Shown here one piece after another: positions 57,842-64,000 of a stretch of DNA of 64,000 bases. The stretch covers positions 2,176,001 through 2,240,000 of the forward strand of contig OZ255836.1 of assembly GCA_965277715.1 (NCBI GenBank). The letters run 5' to 3'. The stretch's first letter is position 1, and the number at the start of each line of letters is the position of its first letter. The stretch is from Gammaproteobacteria bacterium (lineage in GTDB: Bacteria; Pseudomonadota; Gammaproteobacteria; JBCCGL01). The notes beneath the pieces were generated by a model. The model saw only the letters and a list, made by a program, of their open reading frames with translations, searched no databases and had not been told where the DNA came from. The translations under genes and the position numbers were made by a program.

Positions 57842-58015
57842 AAATATTTCCTCACGTGTTGAACTAAAGTCTATACCAAACTGCTATCTCTTGCGTGCTC
57901 TAAGTTATTCATCGGGTAAGTACAGTAGCCATTTCTTGGAAACACGGTTTAGATCACAAGCGCTACACGCTGAAGAAGCATATTGGCTAATAGGGTCAAA
58001 AAAGATGTACGGGGT

Positions 58016-58651
58016 TCAAATTAAACGCTTCCTCACCTGTCGATAACTGTCCACACTGCGGTCAAACAACACGCCGGTAATGCCCAGTTGTTCGGCAGCA
58101 GTAATATTTTCCGGCATATCATCAATGAATACGGATAGCTCGAAAGTGAGATTAAAGCGTGAGTGCAATAATTCAAATATTCTCTGATCCGGCTTGACCA
58201 GCTTTTCCATACCAGAAATAACAATCCCATCAAACAGTTTAAAAAAAGCCCGGTGGCGAACAAACGCATAGTTTTCCACTGATATATTTGACAGGCAAAA
58301 TAACGGCACCCCACGTTGTTTCAGTTCGTGAAGTAAGACGATGGTTTCTGGTATATCTACCAGCGAATCTCGGGCCGCGTTCATCGTAGTAATCAGCTGA
58401 TGTTCGTCGAGATTCGTGGTGCGTGCAATATGTGAAATAACCTCAGCCTCGGTTTTTTCACCGGCATCCATTGCCTGCCAGTTGGGCTGGTTAAACAGCG
58501 CATCGTATAGGGTATCTTGTGTTTTCGTATCAAAGGGAAGTGTGCGAATAAACGCGTTGGGATTCCAGTCGAGAATTACATTGCCCAAATCAAAAATCGC
58601 CTGCATCTGAATATTATTTTTCATTTTGATGAGTGTATCGCGTGCTGTCAT
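58016..58651 (-). CDS. HAD-superfamily phosphatase
   Basis: 'IFDLGNVI', 'LSN', 'KPDQRIF', 'FIDD...N'; start may be 58624. Confidence 0.92.
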   Translation of the reverse strand: MTARDTLIKMKNNIQMQAIFDLGNVILDWNPNAFIRTLPFDTKTQDTLYDALFNQPNWQAMDAGEKTEAEVISHIARTTNLDEHQLITTMNAARDSLVDIPETIVLLHELKQRGVPLFCLSNISVENYAFVRHRAFFKLFDGIVISGMEKLVKPDQRIFELLHSRFNLTFELSVFIDDMPENITAAEQLGITGVLFDRSVDSYRQVRKRLI

Positions 58652-58778
58652 GGCTTTTAGGTTGTTTTTAGTATTAAGTTATCCGGTAGTTTACAATAAG
58701 GCACTAATAGAAACCGCTACGCCCGATAGAACAATATAGTGTGTTTAGGCGTAATTAGTCCATTCAGAAAGCTAACAA

Positions 58779-59360
58779 GTGAAAATTGCGATGAAAAACA
58801 ACCCGGCAACAGCGTTAAAATTCGAGGCTGAAACCGAGCGCTCGGAAGAAACCAAGGCGTATTTTTCGCTGTGTGAAGAAAAACTTGGGCTCGTGCCAAA
58901 TGTGTTGCAGGCCTATGCATTTAATGAAAACAAGTTGCGGGCATTTACCGAAATGTATAACGACCTGATGCTGGGTAAGTCGGCACTGACCAAGTTACAG
59001 CGCGAAATGATTGCCGTTGTTGTCTCGTCTGTTAACAAGTGTTTCTACTGTCTCACCGCACACGGTGCTGCGGTAAGGCAATTGTCCGGTGACCCGGTAT
59101 TAGGGGAGATGATGGTGATGAACTATCGCGTTGCCAGGCTCGAAGAAAAGGAGATGGCGATGCTGGATTTTGCTGTAAAGCTGACAGAAGACCCCGCCAA
59201 AGTCGTCGAGGCCGACCGTGAGGCTTTGCGCCAATCGGGGTGGCAGGATCGGGATATTTGGGATATCGCCAGTGTTGTTGGGTTTTTTAATATGACCAAC
59301 CGTGTATCGACTGGCGTCGATATGTTACCCAATGATGAATACCACGGAGAGCATCGATAG
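58779..59360 (+). CDS. Peroxidase-related enzyme (AhpD/CMD family)
   Basis: 'EKLGLVPNV', 'REMIAVVVSSVNKCFYCLTAHGA', 'FFNMTNR'. Confidence 0.9.
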   Translation: MKIAMKNNPATALKFEAETERSEETKAYFSLCEEKLGLVPNVLQAYAFNENKLRAFTEMYNDLMLGKSALTKLQREMIAVVVSSVNKCFYCLTAHGAAVRQLSGDPVLGEMMVMNYRVARLEEKEMAMLDFAVKLTEDPAKVVEADREALRQSGWQDRDIWDIASVVGFFNMTNRVSTGVDMLPNDEYHGEHR

Positions 59361-59417
59361 TGAACCAGGCAATGATACAAAGTAAGACTCAGGGCGGATG
59401 AGAAAAAAGGCGCTCTG

Positions 59418-61355
59418 TCACCCACTTTTCGCTGGTATAGCCACCATACGCTGATTGAGTGGTATCACTTGCCGCTCAAGCCGCCACGCGTAAATAGCCG
59501 TATACGCCATCACAGCGCGCACATAACGGCGCGTTTCCAAAAAGGGGATGGTGTCTACCCAAATATCAGCCGGAAGCGCTGTTTTAGTGGGTAGCCATTT
59601 TCTCACTCTGTGTGGCCCGGCGTTATACGCCGCCGTCGCCAATACCAGGTTTTTCTTGAACTTACCTTTCACATAGTTGAGGTAATGCGTTCCCAGGGCA
59701 ATATTGGTGTTTTCATCGATTAACGCACTCGTCTTCACTGTGCGGCCCATTTGCCTGGCCACATATTGTGCCGTTTTTGGCATTAGCTGCATCAACCCCA
59801 TCGCACCAGCCGGTGAACGAATATCCGCGATAAAGGCGCTTTCTCTACGCATCACACCGTATACCCATGCGGGGTCTAAGGCGTTCCGCTTGGCCATGGC
59901 AAAGACCTGTTGGCGATACGGTGCCGGAAAACGCAGTGACAAACTACGTTTGAAGGGTGTTTTTCCAAGGGCAAATATGCCGCGATCATACCATTCCCAC
60001 TCGCTGCTCAAAATGGCAGAAACCAGCCGCTGTTGGGCATCCAGTGGCTTGGTAAAACGCTGCCAGACCCGCCGCGCATTGGCGTGTAGACCGAGAAACA
60101 GGTACTCACGGGCGCGTAGTACTTCGGTATTTTTCAGCATCATTGTTTTCTGCTGTTCTGACCAGGCAGGTGTTTCATCGCGAATCGCGTAGGCAATACC
60201 CAGTTGGTCAGCCGCCAGAAAACTATAATAATCGACTCCATTCGCGAGCTGCTTATATATATGCTCTGCGCGCTCATGGCTACCTTGCGCGGCATACCCA
60301 CGGGCCAGCCAGTATTGCCATTGGCTGTCACCATGTTCATCGTCCGGCAGTGCATTAATACCGCTCACCACTAATTCCCAACGCTGCATACGCAAGGCAA
60401 CCCGCACGGTCCAGATACGAATATCCCCATCGGTTTCAGGCAGTGCCTGTAGGCGTTTGAGCGCCTGAGGCAGGTGGCTATAGGCCGTTCGCAAAGCAAT
60501 ATAACGATCCGCTTCATTGCGTTTTACTGGGTCAAATTGATAGCGGTTGCGCGCCACCTGCCAATGTTTATCGGCAGCGGCGGCATCGTACCGTGACCAC
60601 CGCTTGTGTTGCTGTAACACAATGCGCCTTACCGGCGCCGTGTCTTTACGCAAATCGGGGTTATCCGCATTATCCCCTGGATTACGGTACGCTTTGATCC
60701 AAAGCGATAGCAACGTTTTGTCTTGCTTACTCAGCAAACCACTCATTGTTTTTGCCAAACGCCAGTGCCCACGCTGCATTGCCCGGTCGATGCGCCGCCA
60801 GATTAGCTGGCTATCCGGCTGCACCGATTCAAGTACCTGTTTACCCACTTGCAGGCAGGCAGCTGAGTCGAGCGCCTGATTCAACCACAGTTCCCGCAAT
60901 AAGTGCTTATCGGCGGCTATTTCACCCAGGTGTAAACGCGCTTCGTAGGTTTTACAGGGCTGCACATGTGCATGCGAATGTTGTGTCAACTGGATAAAGT
61001 CCTGCCAACGCGCCTGCCCAAAAACACGTGACTGCCACCTGAACATTAGTTTTGATGCGAGGTGTGACTCCGGGTACTCAGCAATAAATTTCAGTATCGC
61101 AGGCTGCAGGTCTTCACTGCCTTTTTTCATCTTTTTCAACAGCCACCGGTACCGTAAGTAGTGTTGAATAGGGTAGTGTTCTAATTTTTTCAGGACTTTT
61201 AGAAATTCTTTTTCTCTGCCTTGTTTCAACAGTTTTTGTGCATTTGAAAACTGCAAACGCTCGGCAAAGTAATCATTGGCCAGGGCAGGTGTTTGCCAAC
61301 AACAAAAGATGCAAAAAATACCCGCCAAACAGCGGTTATAGAGACGCACGGGCAT
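59418..61355 (-). CDS. slt: Soluble lytic murein transglycosylase (Slt70-like)
   Basis: Signal peptide, helical superhelix, 'MRRESAF', 'GAMGLMQLMP', 'AAYNAGP', 'IPFLETRRYV'. Confidence 0.92.
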   Translation of the reverse strand: MPVRLYNRCLAGIFCIFCCWQTPALANDYFAERLQFSNAQKLLKQGREKEFLKVLKKLEHYPIQHYLRYRWLLKKMKKGSEDLQPAILKFIAEYPESHLASKLMFRWQSRVFGQARWQDFIQLTQHSHAHVQPCKTYEARLHLGEIAADKHLLRELWLNQALDSAACLQVGKQVLESVQPDSQLIWRRIDRAMQRGHWRLAKTMSGLLSKQDKTLLSLWIKAYRNPGDNADNPDLRKDTAPVRRIVLQQHKRWSRYDAAAADKHWQVARNRYQFDPVKRNEADRYIALRTAYSHLPQALKRLQALPETDGDIRIWTVRVALRMQRWELVVSGINALPDDEHGDSQWQYWLARGYAAQGSHERAEHIYKQLANGVDYYSFLAADQLGIAYAIRDETPAWSEQQKTMMLKNTEVLRAREYLFLGLHANARRVWQRFTKPLDAQQRLVSAILSSEWEWYDRGIFALGKTPFKRSLSLRFPAPYRQQVFAMAKRNALDPAWVYGVMRRESAFIADIRSPAGAMGLMQLMPKTAQYVARQMGRTVKTSALIDENTNIALGTHYLNYVKGKFKKNLVLATAAYNAGPHRVRKWLPTKTALPADIWVDTIPFLETRRYVRAVMAYTAIYAWRLERQVIPLNQRMVAIPAKSG

Positions 61356-61359
61356 TTAC

Positions 61360-61938
61360 CTATTCCTTTACTGCCAGCGCAACGGTATAGGTACGCCCCT
61401 GTTTAAGTTTTTTATAATTACCAAAAACCTCTTTAAATGCACGCTCGATAAACCGCCGCAAGCCACTGATTGTTACCACATAGAAACGGGCGCCCGGTGT
61501 CATGCGTTGTAAGGCATCGTAAAAATACAGGTAGTACAGTTCTTTACCCGTTTTAGCGGGGAGGTTAGAGACAATCACCTGAAACTGTTGGTCGCCAATT
61601 TGCTCAAAGCCATTGCTTAAGAATATATCCGCGTTAGTGACATTATTGCGTTGCGCATTTTTTTGACTGTAATTGACAGCAACAAAATCCTTATCAACCA
61701 ATACTGATTGCCCCTCTGGTGCCAGGGTCGCAAGCGTTAAGCCCAGTGGGCCGTAGCCACACCCTAGATCCAGGCAGTTGTCATTGTTTTCAACACGGAC
61801 ATAATCAAGTAACAACCTGGAACCTTCATCAACCATTTTAGGTGAAAACAACCCCCAGGTGGTGTGGAAGCAAAATGGCTTATCACGTAGCGTTTCCGTA
61901 AATACAATATCTTCGCGCAAGCGCTGTAAATCAATCAT
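61360..61938 (-). CDS. Class I SAM-dependent methyltransferase (MTS/RsmC small-domain type)
   Basis: 'GLFSPKMVDEGSRLL', 'LDLGCGYGPLG', 'IVSNLP'. Confidence 0.88.
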   Translation of the reverse strand: MIDLQRLREDIVFTETLRDKPFCFHTTWGLFSPKMVDEGSRLLLDYVRVENNDNCLDLGCGYGPLGLTLATLAPEGQSVLVDKDFVAVNYSQKNAQRNNVTNADIFLSNGFEQIGDQQFQVIVSNLPAKTGKELYYLYFYDALQRMTPGARFYVVTISGLRRFIERAFKEVFGNYKKLKQGRTYTVALAVKE

Positions 61939-62218
61939 GGAATTTTCAACATATAACTATAGAGAGGCCATTTCCAACTACCAAAGGAAAAATCGTCGAT
62001 GTACACGGGTTAATCGACCCTGGAAAATAGCGCACTTATGTTACCACGGAATACTTGCATAATTATGCGCGCCATAATGTAATGGATAGCGATCCGTCAT
62101 CCAGTAACACCCATTTCTGGCAGAACACCGATTCCGGCACTAAGAGCCTGTCGGGTTTAGGCATCACTGCAACAACACCAAAGGTGCCTATAGACAGGTA
62201 CGTTGTGTTCGCTTCAAC

Positions 62219-64000
62219 CTATTGCTTGGCACCTTTATAGTCGTTGTAATTTTCACTATCAATCGGTGCCAGCTTCTGCCTTTCCTCTCCGTTATCGTCT
62301 ACCTGGTCAGTACTGCCCTGTTCATTTTCATCACCCGCTCCATTCACCTTATTTTCTTCTTTGTCTCCTTCCTCTTTTTGATCTTCATCTTCTTCGCCCT
62401 CATCCTCATCCTCATCCTCATCCTCATCCTCATCCTCATCCTCATCATCCTCATCATCCTCCTCCTCATCCTCTTCGTCGTCTCCAATATTTTCCATTCG
62501 CTTTCGTTTGCCCATTATTATCCACCCGATAATGAATAATAATAGACAGACAATAGCAACCCCACTAGCAATAGCCCCTATCATTATCCAGTCTGTTTTT
62601 TCACTTACTTGAGTGACAGTTACTTCAGGCACTGACAAAACGGGGGTTTTTCCACCGGGGACGATAATGGGCGCAAGTAATTGGTCAATTCTGCCGCCAT
62701 GCATTGCCCGCCCGGTTATATTGATGAAAATCTCTGACTTCGTTGTTTGATCGCGTGTATCGATAGATACCAGCCACTCATCCATATCCTGTTTGTGAGG
62801 CTGAAGAACAACGCTGCTACTTTCCTTTTTTTGTAACCATACGTCTAGTAACACGCTTTTTATGTCGATTATTTCACTGCGCGGTTTAATCACCAATAGA
62901 TGTGACCCATTGATATTTTCATAGTGCTTGTGTAACTCGACCACCACCGGCCACTGCACTTCCAGTACATGCCGATAAGTGCGTGAAAACGTCTTACCGT
63001 CGACCTCAATCTCCAGTGTGTGCACCCCCTCCCCAAGTTGCATGAGCTGCGCAGAAAAAAGCCCATTGTTTTCTGTGTTTTCCTCTGGAGTGCGCCGATT
63101 AAGCAGTTGATACGTTTCAGTCGCATTTTTCGACTGAACCGTTAACTTCATTGAAACCAGATCAAGAAAATCGTTACGTGTAATGATCTCCCCTGCCTGT
63201 TGCAGTACAGCACTGACAAGTAGCGCATTATCCGGTAACACCTGGTTGGGTAATTCACCCACACGCAAGTTTAGATCGGTAGCGATCATTACACGGTTGT
63301 CCGGGTCCGTAGCACCGATAATCTGCCACTCTCCCAACGATGGGTTTTCCACTGTGATCATTTCATAGGTTGTATCACTCAACCACTTAAAACCATCGGG
63401 ATTATTATCAATCGAAACAGTTGATTCGTTACTCGGGAGGAGTAGCTGTACCCCACCCGCATCGGCCTGCTTAAATACTAATAAAGTGAGTTCCTGGACA
63501 CTCGAATCCACAACAAATTTATTTTCGACCAAAGGTAACGTATCCGCTTGCACCGTTTTTTCAAATATTCGCAAAAATATACGTTGTAAACGCTCTGATG
63601 ATTCGGCCATTTCATACCAGCCCTGGGTTTCATCTGCCAGCGTCGACAACAGCTCAGTGTCGGCATCAAAAGATAGCGCAATGGCATAAACCTTCACGCC
63701 CAATGCGCCTAAGCGCGCTATCTGCTGCTGTAGAATACGTTGTCGGGAAGCAGCGCTTTCATCCGGGTTTTTCGATACATCCACCACGCCATCGGTCAAC
63801 AAAATCAAACTGCGCTGATAAGCTGGGTCCGCTTCACGCCAATCGCGGGTAGCCGTTTTAATCGCCGCTTCAATATTGGTAAAAAGCCCACGTGAGTGCA
63901 GCGCCTCGGCACCAATAGCGGCTGCTTTTTTCCACTGCTCATCAACAATACCCAGCTTAACCTGCATATTGACATAACGGCCAAACGTCCATACCCCGGC
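62219..64000 (-). CDS. vWA-domain membrane protein with C-terminal TM and acidic tail (5' end outside the window)
   Basis: Frame stays open upstream of 63967 (AGVWTFGRYVNM); 'LFTNIEAAI', 'ILLTDGVVD', 'YAIALS'; TM 'IMIGAIASGVAIVCLLLFIIGWII'. Confidence 0.82.
   Translation of the reverse strand, partial: AGVWTFGRYVNMQVKLGIVDEQWKKAAAIGAEALHSRGLFTNIEAAIKTATRDWREADPAYQRSLILLTDGVVDVSKNPDESAASRQRILQQQIARLGALGVKVYAIALSFDADTELLSTLADETQGWYEMAESSERLQRIFLRIFEKTVQADTLPLVENKFVVDSSVQELTLLVFKQADAGGVQLLLPSNESTVSIDNNPDGFKWLSDTTYEMITVENPSLGEWQIIGATDPDNRVMIATDLNLRVGELPNQVLPDNALLVSAVLQQAGEIITRNDFLDLVSMKLTVQSKNATETYQLLNRRTPEENTENNGLFSAQLMQLGEGVHTLEIEVDGKTFSRTYRHVLEVQWPVVVELHKHYENINGSHLLVIKPRSEIIDIKSVLLDVWLQKKESSSVVLQPHKQDMDEWLVSIDTRDQTTKSEIFINITGRAMHGGRIDQLLAPIIVPGGKTPVLSVPEVTVTQVSEKTDWIMIGAIASGVAIVCLLLFIIGWIIMGKRKRMENIGDDEEDEEEDDEDDEDEDEDEDEDEDEDEGEEDEDQKEEGDKEENKVNGAGDENEQGSTDQVDDNGEERQKLAPIDSENYNDYKGAKQ
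62398..62445. repeat. (CCTCAT)8 hexanucleotide tandem repeat encoding (Asp-Glu)n
   Basis: Eight perfect copies, with degenerate copies continuing to about 62480. Confidence 0.95.

Noticed and set aside
62203-62539. Plus-strand ORFs with (HP)n and (IL)n repeats
   Set aside because: Antisense shadows of the (DE)n repeat in the vWA gene.
1-64000. rRNA and tRNA genes, prophage genes, and the many short antisense or overlapping ORFs in the track
   Set aside because: No tRNA cloverleaf, rRNA or phage hallmark was recognised by eye; the short ORFs lie opposite or within well-supported genes and carry no motifs.

Overview
64 kb of a Gammaproteobacterium chromosome, probably marine (inferred from gene content; finer taxonomy cannot be fixed from sequence alone). 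It is mostly housekeeping and metabolism. The window holds a five-step histidine-utilisation cluster (hutU fragment, hutC, hutI / hutF, hutH, hutG) with HutC operator palindromes, gcdH, rbgA/ylqF, and a 1414-aa lipoprotein subtilase paired with a PrcB-like lipoprotein. It also holds an RND pump, hemW-CPXCG-rof, rpmE-thermonuclease-M48 peptidase, rluE, ispB, polA, gorA, ubiA, comF, an OmpA-family gene, pepN, scattered cobalamin genes (cobB, cobM, cobK, cbiD, cobO), pyrF, a Phd-VapC module, slt and a partial vWA gene with an acidic VNTR. The most unusual region is about 30.0-36.2 kb. An HUH/Y1 (RAYT-like) transposase is preceded by a 7-copy 'stutter' array whose copies share a 5' end and are truncated at the 3' end around a GGACAGGCA motif. 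Inverted copies of related motifs, most with their own micro-duplications, subdivide an AT-rich cargo tract that contains a solo attC-like site, an orphan AraC HTH, a doubly deleted IS3 element, a DMT fragment and a PAS-GGDEF-EAL gene. A similar stutter signature occurs remotely at 17.3 kb. Other notable non-coding features are a 95-bp MITE with a 5-bp TSD whose empty-site paralogue is at 46.97 kb, and a DnaA-box/IHF cluster upstream of rpmE. No rRNA, tRNA or CRISPR array was recognised. All calls come from motif recognition by eye; no database searches were run.
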